Shown piece after piece: positions 49,278 to 59,127 of a stretch of 64,000 nt of DNA. This DNA is from an uncultured Caulobacterales bacterium (lineage in GTDB: Bacteria; Pseudomonadota; Alphaproteobacteria; Caulobacterales; Parvularculaceae), in NCBI GenBank assembly GCA_964529675.1, contig CAZGXT010000001.1:4337-68336 (forward strand), read 5' to 3'. Under the pieces are notes generated by a model. The model searched no databases. It was not told the origin of the DNA and saw nothing but the letters and a program-made list of their open reading frames with translations. Position 1 is the first letter of the stretch. Each line of letters opens with the position of its first letter. The position numbers and the translations under genes were made by a program.

Positions 49278-49609
49278 CCTCCATCTTCGGGATCATCATT
49301 TGACAGAACCGCAGACAGCAACCCAGGGAAGCGCCTGTCGACTTCCTCGCAGCGGATCCGGTGGATGACTTCAACGCCCTGCTTTTCAGCATGAACAAGG
49401 CCCGCCGAGCGAAGCACCGAAAAATGGTTCGATAGCGTCGCCTTCGGCACGTCCGGCGGGGCTGCGGCGGCGCATGACTTTCCGCGCCCATCGCATGATT
49501 TGTCAGTGACAAGACTCTTCAGGATCTTTCGCCGGACCGGATCGGCGAGCGCATGAAGCACCGCGCTCAGCGAGACGTCTTGCAGATCCGGATGGACGAA
49601 ACGGCTCAT
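49274..49609 (-). CDS. ArsR/SmtB family transcriptional regulator
   Basis: [35 protein letters not shown]; divergent from an SDR. Confidence 0.88.
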   Translation of the reverse strand: MSRFVHPDLQDVSLSAVLHALADPVRRKILKSLVTDKSCDGRGKSCAAAAPPDVPKATLSNHFSVLRSAGLVHAEKQGVEVIHRIRCEEVDRRFPGLLSAVLSNDDPEDGG

Positions 49610-49674
49610 CCTCGTTCTAACCTTGCTGCTCACGGCGAGTTTACCACCTGCCGGGTTATCAATCCGTATTTAGG

Positions 49675-49695
49675 TAGTTCGGGACTATTGAACAA
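49675..49695. promoter_or_regulatory. Imperfect inverted repeat, candidate ArsR operator
   Basis: TAGTTC-gggactatt-GAACAA in the AT-rich divergent intergenic region. Confidence 0.4.
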
Positions 49696-49783
49696 TAGGG
49701 TCGCCGAACACAGGTTCAGGCAACGGCCATCGGCCGCCATCCGGCGTCGCCCGACGTTGAGCCGCCCTTTAAGGAGTATTCGG

Positions 49784-50545
49784 ATGCCCCAACAACTTAC
49801 CGGCAAATCAGCACTCGTCACGGGTGCTTCGCGCGGCATCGGCCGGGCGACTGCGCTTCGCCTTGCCCGCGACGGCGCCTTCGTCCTTGTTCACTACGGA
49901 TCGTCAAAGGCCGCCGCCGATGCGGTCGTCGCCGAAATCAAGAAGAATGGCGGAGATGCGGTCAGCATCAGCGCTGATCTCGCCCAACACAAAGGCGCGC
50001 TCAGCCTCGCTGATGAGGTGCGCAGGACCCTCGCAGGCGCGGGCCGCAAGTCCCTCGACATCCTCGTCAACAACGCGGGCGTTGCTGAATTTGTGGATTT
50101 CGCCAACACCTCGGAAGAGACATTCGACCGCGCATTCGCCGTCAATGTGAAGGCGCCGTACTTTCTGACGCAGGCGCTGCTTGACCTGCTTCCGCCTGGC
50201 GGGCGCGTGATCTTTACGACGTCGGTCGTGACAGACGTCTACTTTCCGGGCGTTCCAGCCTATGCGGCCTCAAAAGGCGCAGTCGACACGATCATTCGCT
50301 ATCTGGCTGGCGAGCTTGGCGGGAGGGGCATCCGCGTGAACGGGGTCGCGCCGGGCGCGATCGAGACCGACATGGCGGCGTGGATGGCGTCCGATGAAGG
50401 CAAGCAACAGGCGAAATCAATTCAGGCGCTTCAGGATGTCGGCAGCCCCGCCGAAATCGCTGATGTGGTGGCGTTCCTCGCCGGTCCTGACAGCCGCTGG
50501 CTGACCGGCGCAATCGTCAACGCAAGCGGCGGGACCAAGCTCTGA
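49784..50545 (+). CDS. Short-chain dehydrogenase/reductase
   Basis: AAGGAG RBS; TGASRGIG, NNAG, YAASK. Confidence 0.92.
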   Translation: MPQQLTGKSALVTGASRGIGRATALRLARDGAFVLVHYGSSKAAADAVVAEIKKNGGDAVSISADLAQHKGALSLADEVRRTLAGAGRKSLDILVNNAGVAEFVDFANTSEETFDRAFAVNVKAPYFLTQALLDLLPPGGRVIFTTSVVTDVYFPGVPAYAASKGAVDTIIRYLAGELGGRGIRVNGVAPGAIETDMAAWMASDEGKQQAKSIQALQDVGSPAEIADVVAFLAGPDSRWLTGAIVNASGGTKL

Positions 50546-50611
50546 CCGCTCATGGACAAGGCGCATCGGCGGTCCCTATAGACGGCGGACTTTCCGTCCC
50601 CGGAGCCCTCG

Positions 50612-51955
50612 ATGCGCCTTAGCCGCTATTATTTGCCCGTTCTCAAGGAAACCCCCGCCGAGGCGCAGATCGCTTCGCACCAGCTTATGCTGCGGGCGGG
50701 GATGATCCGCCAGGAATCGGCGGGCATTTACGCCTGGCTGCCGCTCGGCTTTCGCGTTCTTAAGAAGATCGAGCAGATCGTCCGGGAAGAGCAGGACCGC
50801 GCCGGCGCGGTCGAGATGCTGATGCCGACCATCCAGTCGGCCGAGCTCTGGCGCGAGAGCGGGCGTTACGAAGCCTACGGCAAGGAGATGCTGCGCATCA
50901 AGGACCGCGCCGACCGCGAGATGCTGTTCGGTCCGACCAACGAAGAGATGATAACCGAGATCTTCCGCGCCGGGGTCCGTTCGTACAAGGACCTTCCGAA
51001 GATGCTCTATCACATCCAGTGGAAGTTCCGCGACGAGGTGCGCCCGCGTTTCGGCGTGATGCGCGGTCGGGAATTTCTGATGAAGGACACCTATTCCTTC
51101 GACGTGGACGAGGCGGGCGCGCGGCGCAGCTACAACAAGATGTTCGTCGCCTATCTGCGCACCTTCGCGCGGATGGGCCTAACGTCGATTCCAATGCGCG
51201 CCGACACCGGCCCGATCGGCGGCGATCTCAGCCACGAATTTATCGTGCTTGCCGAGACTGGCGAGAGCGCCGTCTTTTGCGACCGAAAATTGCTCGACCT
51301 TGCAGTTCCGCCCGCAAACACAGACTTCGACGGCGACCTGCAGCCGGTCATCGACCGCTACACTTCATTCTACGCCGCGACCGAGGAAAAGCACGACAAC
51401 GCGGAATTCGAAGGAAAAGTCGCCAAGGACAACCGCATCGCGGCGCGCGGCATCGAAGTCGGTCACATTTTCTATTTCGGCGAAAAATATTCAGCGCCGA
51501 TGCGGGCGATGATCACCGGGCCGGACGGCAAGGACCGCCCGGTCGAAATGGGCAGCTACGGCGTCGGCGTGTCGCGGCTCGCCGGCGCGCTGATCGAGGC
51601 CTATCACGATGAGGCGGGGTGCAAATGGCCCGTCGCTGTCGCGCCGTTCCATGTCGGGCTCGTCAACCTGAAGCAGGGCGATGCTGCGACGGACGAGGCT
51701 TGCGCAAAGGCTTATGCTGCGTTGACGGGCGCGGACGTCGAAGTCCTTTATGATGACACGTCGGCGCGGCCCGGCGAGAAATTCGCGCGTATGGACCTCA
51801 TCGGCCTCCCGTTCCAGCTGATTGTCGGCCCGCGCAGTCTTGAGGCGGGCAAGGTCGAGGTGAAGCGCCGGGCTGACGGGCATAAGGATGAGGTTTCGCT
51901 CGACGTCGCCATCGACATGCTGAAACGGGACGTGATGAACGCATTAAGGGTTTAA
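50612..51955 (+). CDS. proS: Proline--tRNA ligase (short form without editing insertion)
   Basis: [44 protein letters not shown]. Confidence 0.96.
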   Translation: MRLSRYYLPVLKETPAEAQIASHQLMLRAGMIRQESAGIYAWLPLGFRVLKKIEQIVREEQDRAGAVEMLMPTIQSAELWRESGRYEAYGKEMLRIKDRADREMLFGPTNEEMITEIFRAGVRSYKDLPKMLYHIQWKFRDEVRPRFGVMRGREFLMKDTYSFDVDEAGARRSYNKMFVAYLRTFARMGLTSIPMRADTGPIGGDLSHEFIVLAETGESAVFCDRKLLDLAVPPANTDFDGDLQPVIDRYTSFYAATEEKHDNAEFEGKVAKDNRIAARGIEVGHIFYFGEKYSAPMRAMITGPDGKDRPVEMGSYGVGVSRLAGALIEAYHDEAGCKWPVAVAPFHVGLVNLKQGDAATDEACAKAYAALTGADVEVLYDDTSARPGEKFARMDLIGLPFQLIVGPRSLEAGKVEVKRRADGHKDEVSLDVAIDMLKRDVMNALRV

Positions 51956-51973
51956 GGGCGCCGTTATTCCGCC

Positions 51974-53332
51974 ATGAATTCAGACACTGTCACCGGCGTT
52001 ATGAAATCGACCGAGGTGGTTTCCCGCGTGGCGACAACCCCCGCGCCAGCCGCGACGCGGCCTTTCTCCTATTTCGAATGGATGGTCGCCCGGCGTTATC
52101 TCGGCGCGACGCGGTCAGGGAAGGGCGTTTCCCTGATTTCGATCATCGCCTTTGTCGGCATCATGCTGGCGGTGGCGACCCTCATCATCGTCATGTCGGT
52201 GATGCAGGGCTTTCGCACCAAGCTTCTCGACCAGCTCCTCGGCGTCAACGGTCACGCCTTCGTCGTCGGCGAGGGGCCGATCGGCGATTATGCGGTCGTG
52301 CTGGAAAAACTCCGCGCAACGCCCGGCGTCATCGATGCGACGCCGATGATCGTTGCGCCAGTCTATGCGAGCGCCTCGAACGAAGCCGGCCTGATGATCC
52401 GCGGCCTGTCGCGCGAGGACATGCTGAAGATAAATTATGTCGCCGGCGTAGACCCGGAGACGGGCCGGCGCCATGTCGTCGCCGGATCGTTCGACAATTT
52501 CGGCGTCGGCAAGAACGGCGGCAATGAGATCGCCATCGGCAACCGCGTCGCATGGAATCTCGGGGTCGGACCCGGCGACAAGGTGACCCTCATTTCGGGC
52601 CGCGGCGCCGACACGCCGTTCGGACCGACGCTGCAAAAGAAGACCTACACCGTCGGCGCGATTTTCGAAGTCGGCAATTCCGAGTTCGACAGCTTCATCG
52701 CCTTCATGCCGCTGGAGCAGGCGCAGCTCTTTTTCGGCTTCGGAGAGGCGGTGCAGCAGATTGAACTGAAGGTCAAAGACCCCGAACGCATCAAGCAGTA
52801 CCGCGATCCCATCCAGCTCGCCGCGCCCGGATTTGAAATTCGCGACTGGCAGCAGCAGAATCAGAGCTACTTCAACGCGCTTCAGACGGAGCGCAGCGTC
52901 ATGCGCCTTATTCTTCTCCTCATCGTCGCTGTCGCCGCGCTCAACATCATCACCGGGCTGATCATGCTCGTTAAGGACAAGACACGCGACATCGCGGTCT
53001 TGCGGACCATGGGCGCGACGCAGGGCTCGATCATGCGGATCTTCTTCCTATCGGGCTCGCTGATCGGCGTCATCGGCACGCTTGCGGGCGCGCTCGCCGG
53101 AGCCCTCTTCGTCTGGAACATCGACGCGATCGAGACTTTCCTGTCGGCGGCGTTCAACACCGATCTTTTCCCGGCGGAGGTTTATTACTTCAGCTCGATC
53201 CCGGCGAAATTTGAATGGAGCGAGGTCGGCGTCATCGTCGGCTGGGCCCTGTTCATGTCTTTCATCGCCACGATCTACCCGGCGCGCCGGGCGGCGCGGC
53301 TCGATCCTGTCGAGGCGCTGCGCTATGAGTGA
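51974..53332 (+). CDS. Lipoprotein-releasing ABC transporter permease (LolC/E)
   Basis: [51 protein letters not shown]. Confidence 0.94.
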   Translation: MNSDTVTGVMKSTEVVSRVATTPAPAATRPFSYFEWMVARRYLGATRSGKGVSLISIIAFVGIMLAVATLIIVMSVMQGFRTKLLDQLLGVNGHAFVVGEGPIGDYAVVLEKLRATPGVIDATPMIVAPVYASASNEAGLMIRGLSREDMLKINYVAGVDPETGRRHVVAGSFDNFGVGKNGGNEIAIGNRVAWNLGVGPGDKVTLISGRGADTPFGPTLQKKTYTVGAIFEVGNSEFDSFIAFMPLEQAQLFFGFGEAVQQIELKVKDPERIKQYRDPIQLAAPGFEIRDWQQQNQSYFNALQTERSVMRLILLLIVAVAALNIITGLIMLVKDKTRDIAVLRTMGATQGSIMRIFFLSGSLIGVIGTLAGALAGALFVWNIDAIETFLSAAFNTDLFPAEVYYFSSIPAKFEWSEVGVIVGWALFMSFIATIYPARRAARLDPVEALRYE

Positions 53333-54017
53333 GGCGTCGCTCGAATTGCGCGGCGTCGGCCGGCGCTATGGCGATCTCGTCATCCTTCAGCCCTCGGATC
53401 TTGTCCTTCGACGCGGGGAGACGGTCGCTTTGCTCGGCCCCTCCGGTTCCGGAAAATCCTCATTGCTGCATATCGCCGGCCTCCTTGAGCGGCCGAGTTC
53501 GGGCGAGGTGTTTATCGGCGGCCGTCCGACCTCGTCGCTCGACGATGCGGCGCGCACGCGGCTGCGGCGCGACAATCTCGGCTTCGTCTATCAGTTCCAT
53601 CATCTGCTCCCGGAGTTTTCGGCGCTCGATAATGTCGCGCTGCCGCAGCTCATTCGCGGCGCAGCGCGCGCCGACGCTGATCGTGAGGCGGCGCGGCTCC
53701 TTTCCGCGATGGGCCTCGGCGAAAGGCTCACGCACCAGCCAGGCCAGCTGTCGGGCGGGGAGCAGCAGCGTACGGCCATTGCACGCGCCATCGCCAATCA
53801 CCCGCGCGTCCTCCTCGCCGATGAGCCCACCGGCAATCTCGACCCGAAGACTTCCGACAAGGTCTTTGACGCGCTTCTTGAAATGGTGCGGGCGGAGGGG
53901 TTGTCGGCCCTTGTCGCCACCCATGATCATCGCCTCGCTGCGCGCCTTGACCGTGTGATCGTCATTCGCGACCAGCGCCTTGAAGAAATTTCCGCGGACG
54001 AGATCGCTCTCGCTTAA
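53325..54017 (+). CDS. lolD: Lipoprotein-releasing ABC transporter ATPase
   Basis: [38 protein letters not shown]. Confidence 0.94.
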   Translation: MSEASLELRGVGRRYGDLVILQPSDLVLRRGETVALLGPSGSGKSSLLHIAGLLERPSSGEVFIGGRPTSSLDDAARTRLRRDNLGFVYQFHHLLPEFSALDNVALPQLIRGAARADADREAARLLSAMGLGERLTHQPGQLSGGEQQRTAIARAIANHPRVLLADEPTGNLDPKTSDKVFDALLEMVRAEGLSALVATHDHRLAARLDRVIVIRDQRLEEISADEIALA

Positions 54018-54094
54018 GGGCCGCGGTTGGCAAAGCGCCGTCCTCACGCCATAGTCTTCCAAAAAAGAGACTTTCGGGAGAGGAAACGCCGCCC

Positions 54095-55636
54095 ATGAGC
54101 GCGCAACGACGCATCTTTAACGCACCGACCTTGTCGGGTCTGGTCGAGGAACAGGCCCGCCATTTGCCGAATGAGACGGCGCTCTTTTTCGAAGGGAAGT
54201 CGTTCACCTACGCCGACCTTGATGCGCGCGCGAACCGTGCGGCGGAGGCGTTGCAGTCGCTGGGCCTCAAACGCGGCGACCGGCTCGCCTGGCTCGCACG
54301 CAATGTGGCGACGTTCTGGCCGGCGCTGCTGGGCGCGGCCAAGATCGGCGTCGTCATGACGCCGGTGAACTGGCGTCTGGCGCCGGCGGAAATCGCCGGC
54401 ATTATCGCCGATGCAAGACCATCGCTCTTCGTCATCGAGAAGGTGTTCGTCGAACCGCTGAAGGCGGCGGGCGGCGTTCCCATCCGCACCATGGTGCTGG
54501 AGGACGGCGGCCCTGACTGCTTCGACCGCCTTATCGATGCGCAAAAGCCGATCAAGCCCGATTACGTACCCCAACGCGACGACGTTGTCGTCCAGCTCTA
54601 CACCTCGGGAACGACGGGCCTGCCCAAAGGCGTCCTGCTTTCCAACCGCTGTTACGACGAAGTCGGCGGGGCCGGGCTCGCCTCGGGGATCATCAATCCG
54701 CAATCGGATGATGAGACCATCATGCACGCATTGCCGCATTTCCATATCGCGGGCGTCAACTTCGCCTTCATGGGCTGGTCGCGCTCGATGCCGGTCATCC
54801 AGCATCGCCAGTTCGATCCCGCCGCGATCGTGCGCGAAGCGCAAGAGGGCAAGCCGCTCAACGCATTTCTCGTCCCGGCGATGGTGATGATGATCCTTCA
54901 GGCCGCAAAGACCGCGGGGGCTAGCCTTCAGAATTTCGTGCAGGTCAGTTACGGGGCCGCGCCGATGCCGGAGGCCTTGCTGGACGCGGCGATGGCGGCG
55001 ATGCCGCGCGCACGCTTCACACAATTCTACGGCATGACCGAGACGACCGGCGGGGTCACCGTGCTCGGCCATGAAGACCATTCTCCTGGCCGCAAGCAGC
55101 GCGTTTCCGCCGGCAGGCCGCTGCCCGGCTGCACCGTCAAGATCTGCGATCCGGAAACGAAAAAGGAAATGCCGCAGGGCGAGGTCGGCGAGATCGTCAC
55201 GCGGTCGCCCTTCGTCATGAACGGTTACTGGATGAAGGATGACGCGACCAAGGCCGTCATCCGCGACGGCTGGTATTGGTCGGGAGACGCCGGCCGGATC
55301 GACGAGAACGGTTACCTCTACGTCGTCGACCGGATCAAGGACATGATCATCTCGGGCGGCGAGAACATCTATCCGGCCGAACTCGAAAATGCGCTCGCGG
55401 CCCATCCCGCCGTCATGGAGGCCGCGATTGTCGGCGCGCCAGACGAGAAATGGGGCGAGGTGACCCGCGCCTTCATCGTCAGGCGCCCTGGCGCGACCCT
55501 GACAGCTGAGGAAGTCCTCGATTTCCTGCGCCCGCGCATCGCCGGCTTCAAGCTGCCGCGCCGGATCGACTTTATCGACGCTCTGCCGCGCAACCCTTCC
55601 GGCAAGATCCTCAAGACGACGCTGCGAAAGATGTGA
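54095..55636 (+). CDS. Long-chain acyl-CoA synthetase (AMP-binding)
   Basis: [45 protein letters not shown]. Confidence 0.92.
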   Translation: MSAQRRIFNAPTLSGLVEEQARHLPNETALFFEGKSFTYADLDARANRAAEALQSLGLKRGDRLAWLARNVATFWPALLGAAKIGVVMTPVNWRLAPAEIAGIIADARPSLFVIEKVFVEPLKAAGGVPIRTMVLEDGGPDCFDRLIDAQKPIKPDYVPQRDDVVVQLYTSGTTGLPKGVLLSNRCYDEVGGAGLASGIINPQSDDETIMHALPHFHIAGVNFAFMGWSRSMPVIQHRQFDPAAIVREAQEGKPLNAFLVPAMVMMILQAAKTAGASLQNFVQVSYGAAPMPEALLDAAMAAMPRARFTQFYGMTETTGGVTVLGHEDHSPGRKQRVSAGRPLPGCTVKICDPETKKEMPQGEVGEIVTRSPFVMNGYWMKDDATKAVIRDGWYWSGDAGRIDENGYLYVVDRIKDMIISGGENIYPAELENALAAHPAVMEAAIVGAPDEKWGEVTRAFIVRRPGATLTAEEVLDFLRPRIAGFKLPRRIDFIDALPRNPSGKILKTTLRKM

Positions 55637-55687
55637 CGGGGCCGACCTTTGCACGCCGGGCGCGTTCGGCTAAGAAGCCCGACATTC

Positions 55688-55761
55688 GCGGGTATAGCTC
55701 AATGGTAGAGCCGTAGCCTTCCAAGCTAAAGACGAGGGTTCGATTCCCTCTACCCGCTCCA
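55688..55761 (+). tRNA. tRNA-Gly(TCC)
   Basis: GCGGGTA acceptor stem, anticodon loop containing TCC, GGTTCGATTCC T-loop, CCA end; 74 nt; upstream TTGCAC-N16-TAAGAA promoter-like element. Confidence 0.96.
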
Positions 55762-55809
55762 TCCAATCCCGAAACTTCCGACTCGCACGTCGATGTGGAT
55801 TCGAAGGCG

Positions 55810-55832
55810 GCGCGACGAACCGTTCGTCGCGC
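55810..55832. repeat. Perfect inverted repeat downstream of tRNA-Gly (terminator or operator)
   Basis: GCGCGACGAAC-c-GTTCGTCGCGC, 11-bp arms; no clear U-tract. Confidence 0.55.
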
Positions 55833-55937
55833 GGTTCAAACACCTCGTCCTCGGACAAATTCGTCTTGGCGCATGAGCATTGCGCAGCGTCGGCGTTGTG
55901 ACAATTGTCGTGGCGCCGAGAGTTGGGTCTGCTGCAA

Positions 55938-56672
55938 ATGTCCGCTGCGCGCGCGTATTCGATTGAGCCGACAGCGCCCTCGATCGCAGCTGCGTATCGC
56001 CGCCGCACTCATATCCCCGACTTTCTTCGCGCCCCGGACGCAGAGGCGATACACCGCGCGCTTTCCGACCTCCCGCGTTGGAACACTGTCACCAGATCGG
56101 GCGACCGCCATCTTGATCTTGACGCGGCCGGACTCGCCCAGCTCGCGCCGGAAAATCAGATCCGCTTCGAAAACGCCGTTCACGACGGGGCGCGGCGGGG
56201 ATTTCAGTATCTGTTTGACAATTATCCGATCTCCGACACCTATCACGCCGGCACGATTGTCAGCGACGAGCTGGCGCGGTTTTTCGAGTTTCTGAACAGT
56301 CCGGAAACCATCGCTTTTGCGCGTGAAGTCACCGGAATCTCCGGAATCAGATTCGCGGACGCGCAAGCGACCCGGTATCGGCCTGGCCATTTCCTCACCG
56401 AACATGACGACGCCGTCGACGGAAAAAACCGGTGCGCCGCGTTCGTCCTGAACCTTACGCGTGATTGGCGCGCGGATTGGGGCGGGCTGCTGATGTTCAT
56501 CGGTGAAAACGGCCATGTCGAGGAGGCCTACACGCCGAAGTACAACGCGCTCAATATTTTCACGGTCCCGCAGCGTCATTGCGTCAGCGTCATAGCCCCC
56601 TTCGCGCCGACCGTCAGGCTCTCCATCACGGGATGGTTCCGGTCCGGCGAAGACCCGCTCAAGAAAATCTGA
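55938..56672 (+). CDS. 2OG-Fe(II) oxygenase, prolyl-hydroxylase (PHD/Tpa1-OGFOD1)-like
   Basis: TRYRPGHFLTEHDD (HxD), FVLNLT.DW..DWGGLL, distal His in PQRHCVS, 2OG-binding Arg in RLSITGWF. Confidence 0.88.
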   Translation: MSAARAYSIEPTAPSIAAAYRRRTHIPDFLRAPDAEAIHRALSDLPRWNTVTRSGDRHLDLDAAGLAQLAPENQIRFENAVHDGARRGFQYLFDNYPISDTYHAGTIVSDELARFFEFLNSPETIAFAREVTGISGIRFADAQATRYRPGHFLTEHDDAVDGKNRCAAFVLNLTRDWRADWGGLLMFIGENGHVEEAYTPKYNALNIFTVPQRHCVSVIAPFAPTVRLSITGWFRSGEDPLKKI

Positions 56673-56683
56673 AGCAAGGGCCG

Positions 56684-57493
56684 ATGATGTCCACTATCGC
56701 GCCCATATTTGTCGGCGGCGCGCCGCGTTCCGGCACGACGCTCGTGCGGGCGATCCTCAATGCGCATCCGGATATCGCTTGCGGGCCGGAGCTGCGCGCG
56801 TTTCCAGCCCTCGCCCGGCTTTATAAGGAAACGGTTGCGACCGTGGGGCCGACGCTCGAAGCACATTACTTCTTTAACGCTGATGAGCTCAAGGCTTCGT
56901 TTCGCGAGCTGATGGCGTCGTTCCTGGAACCGTTTCACGAACGCAGCGGAAAGCGGTTCGTCGCGGAGAAAACGCCGGCGAACGCGCTTTATTTTCGGGA
57001 GCTGCACAAGCTGTTTCCGGAGAGCCGGTTCGTTCATGTCGTGCGCGACCCGCGCGATGTCGTCGCCTCGCTCATCAAGATGGACTGGCGCGATGAAAAG
57101 TCCGGCGAGCGCCTGCCGATCACGGCGAGCATCAAGGGCGCGGCTTTGGGGTGGCGCGATCATGTCGCGGCCGCCCACGCGGCGCGCGGCGCAGGGGCGC
57201 CCGTCTTCGATCTTCACTATGAAAGGCTTGTCGCCGCTCCGGCGGAGACGATCGCGAACCTGTTCACGTTTCTGGGCGTGCCCCCATCAGACGAGCCGCT
57301 GTCGCACCATCGCACTTTCGTTCCTGACGACGGCGAAAACGAGACGAGCGCACGCGCCGTGACAAGGCCGCTCAACGCCGACGCCGTCGGCCGCTGGCGA
57401 CGAGAGTTTTCACGCTCGCAAATCAACGAGATCGAGGCGCTCGCCGGTCCGCTCATCAACGAATGCGGCTATGAGCGCGCGGGCGATCCATGA
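56684..57493 (+). CDS. Sulfotransferase, tyrosylprotein-sulfotransferase-like, motifs intact
   Basis: PIFVGGAPRSGTTLVRAILNAHPDIACGPE, EKTP, VRDPRDVVAS, YERLV, ETSARAVTRPLN. Confidence 0.9.
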   Translation: MMSTIAPIFVGGAPRSGTTLVRAILNAHPDIACGPELRAFPALARLYKETVATVGPTLEAHYFFNADELKASFRELMASFLEPFHERSGKRFVAEKTPANALYFRELHKLFPESRFVHVVRDPRDVVASLIKMDWRDEKSGERLPITASIKGAALGWRDHVAAAHAARGAGAPVFDLHYERLVAAPAETIANLFTFLGVPPSDEPLSHHRTFVPDDGENETSARAVTRPLNADAVGRWRREFSRSQINEIEALAGPLINECGYERAGDP

Positions 57494-58284
57494 CCGGTCC
57501 AATCTTCATCGGCGGCGCCCCTCGCTCAGGTCTTGCCGTGATGCGCCTGCTTCTCGACGCCCATCCCTCAATTTCGTGCGGGCCCGACACTGGTCATGTC
57601 GCATTGACGATGACATCGAAAAATTTCGAGGACGCGCTCGGCAGCCTTCACCGTGATCATTTTTTTCTGGAGCCGGCAGCGGTGCGGGCGAGCTTTGTGC
57701 GGGTCCTCAGCGCGCCAATGAAGCAACGGGCGACGACGCTCGGCAAACGTCGCTGGGCGGACAAGACGGCGCTGAACATTCTTGTCTTTGGGCAACTCGC
57801 CAGACTTTTTCCAGACGCGCAGTTCATTCACCTCGTCCGCGACGGCCGCGACCTCGCCGCCTCGCTGATTGAACGGCAGTGGCGGTCGCCTTCGGGCGCG
57901 CTGTTCGAACACTGCGCAAGCGCCGCCGCGGCCGGCCGATACTGGGCCTCGATCATGACGCTGGGATTGCAGGCTGAGAACAGTCCTGAGCTCGCCGGCC
58001 GGATATTGCGCGTGCGGTATGAGGACCTTTGCGAACGCCCGGAACCTACGATGCATGGCGTCTGCCGATTTCTGGGAGAAGATTTCGAGGGCGAGATCCT
58101 CAATCTCGAGCGGCGACGTCCGTCGGTCGCCGGCATGGAACTTGAGACCGCTGACCGCCTCCGGCTACCGCTCAATGCAAGCGCCGTCGGGCGCTGGCGG
58201 CGCGACCTGCGGCCCGAAGACGCCGAAGCGATCCGCCACGCCTATGCGCCGATATTCACAAGTCTCGGCTACGCCGCCGCCTAG
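57490..58284 (+). CDS. Second TPST-like sulfotransferase paralog with degenerate motifs
   Basis: PIFIGGAPRSGLAVMRLLLDAHPSISCGPD, DKTA, VRDGRDLAAS, YEDL; ATGA overlap with the first copy. Confidence 0.85.
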   Translation: MTGPIFIGGAPRSGLAVMRLLLDAHPSISCGPDTGHVALTMTSKNFEDALGSLHRDHFFLEPAAVRASFVRVLSAPMKQRATTLGKRRWADKTALNILVFGQLARLFPDAQFIHLVRDGRDLAASLIERQWRSPSGALFEHCASAAAAGRYWASIMTLGLQAENSPELAGRILRVRYEDLCERPEPTMHGVCRFLGEDFEGEILNLERRRPSVAGMELETADRLRLPLNASAVGRWRRDLRPEDAEAIRHAYAPIFTSLGYAAA

Positions 58285-58326
58285 AGCGCAGTTTTTCGTC
58301 TTCGCGATCGGTGCTAGGCTTCGTCG

Positions 58327-59127
58327 ATGTCCAGATCGCCTTCGGATTTCCTAGACTTCGCCGGCAAGGCCGTCATCGTCACCGGCGCGGCGGCCGGTAT
58401 CGGCGAGGCTTGCGCGCGAGCTTTTGCGGCGGCGGGCGCCAGCGTCGTCCTTGCGGATGTGAACGAAGAACGCAACCGCGGAGCCGCCGACCTCATCGCG
58501 ATCGATTACGGCGTGCGCGCCGTCCCCGTCGCGGCGAATGTCGCCAGTGACGCCGACTGCGAGGCCATCGTCCTCAAAACGCTCGATGAGTTCGGGCGCG
58601 TTGACGTGCTCGTCAACAATGCAGGCGTGACGGCGCCGGGGACGATCCTCGATCTTGCGCCGTCGGAATGGGACCGGGTGATGGACATCAACCTGCGGTC
58701 GTATTTCGTGCTGACGCAGATCGTTGCGCGCGCGATGATCGACCGCTCCGTCCGGGGGGCGATCGTCAACATGTCGTCGATCAATTCCGATCTCGCGATC
58801 GCCAATCAGGTCGCCTACACCGCGTCGAAGGGGGGCGTTCGCCAGCTGACGCGCGCTGCTGCGCTCGGGCTTGCGCCTCATGGCATCAGGGTCAACGCCA
58901 TCGGTCCGGGCTCGATCATGACGGACCTCTTGCGCTCGGTGATGGCGGACGAAGAAGGCCGCCGGAAAATTCTCTCCCGCACGCCCGCCGGCCGGGTCGG
59001 CGACCCGGCGGAGATCGCCGCTGTCGCGCTCTTCCTGGCGAGCGACATGGCGAGCTACATCACCGGCCAGACGATCTTCGCCGACGGCGGCCGCTCGGCG
59101 CTCAACTACACCGTCCCTGTAGAATGA
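58327..59127 (+). CDS. Short-chain dehydrogenase/reductase
   Basis: TGAAAGIG, NNAG, YTASK, YITGQTIFADGGR. Confidence 0.92.
   Translation: MSRSPSDFLDFAGKAVIVTGAAAGIGEACARAFAAAGASVVLADVNEERNRGAADLIAIDYGVRAVPVAANVASDADCEAIVLKTLDEFGRVDVLVNNAGVTAPGTILDLAPSEWDRVMDINLRSYFVLTQIVARAMIDRSVRGAIVNMSSINSDLAIANQVAYTASKGGVRQLTRAAALGLAPHGIRVNAIGPGSIMTDLLRSVMADEEGRRKILSRTPAGRVGDPAEIAAVALFLASDMASYITGQTIFADGGRSALNYTVPVE

Noticed and set aside
49677-49693. GTTC/GAAC motif as a LexA box
   Set aside because: The alphaproteobacterial SOS box is a direct repeat, GTTC-N7-GTTC; this is an inverted repeat with N9. No SOS box was seen upstream of dinB either.
47781-50550. Integrative element at tRNA-Leu
   Set aside because: No integrase, and no duplicated tRNA 3' end found by eye; only a small variable gene patch.
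54044-55654. 536-aa minus-strand ORF, and similar long antisense ORFs at 17152-18486, 29517-30824 and 12082-13233
   Set aside because: Shadow ORFs on the opposite strand or in another frame of well-supported genes; no recognisable motifs; expected at high GC.
55793-55876. 27-aa ORF (MWIRRRRDEPFVARFKHLVLGQIRLGA) as a precursor peptide for the oxygenase/sulfotransferases
   Set aside because: No Tyr, no RBS, and it spans the palindrome; nothing supports translation.
58668-59123. 152-codon upstream extension of the hydantoinase A ORF overlapping the SDR (possible frameshift fusion)
   Set aside because: The extension is Arg-rich off-frame sequence; the SDR is complete and an ATGA overlap gives a natural start at 59124.
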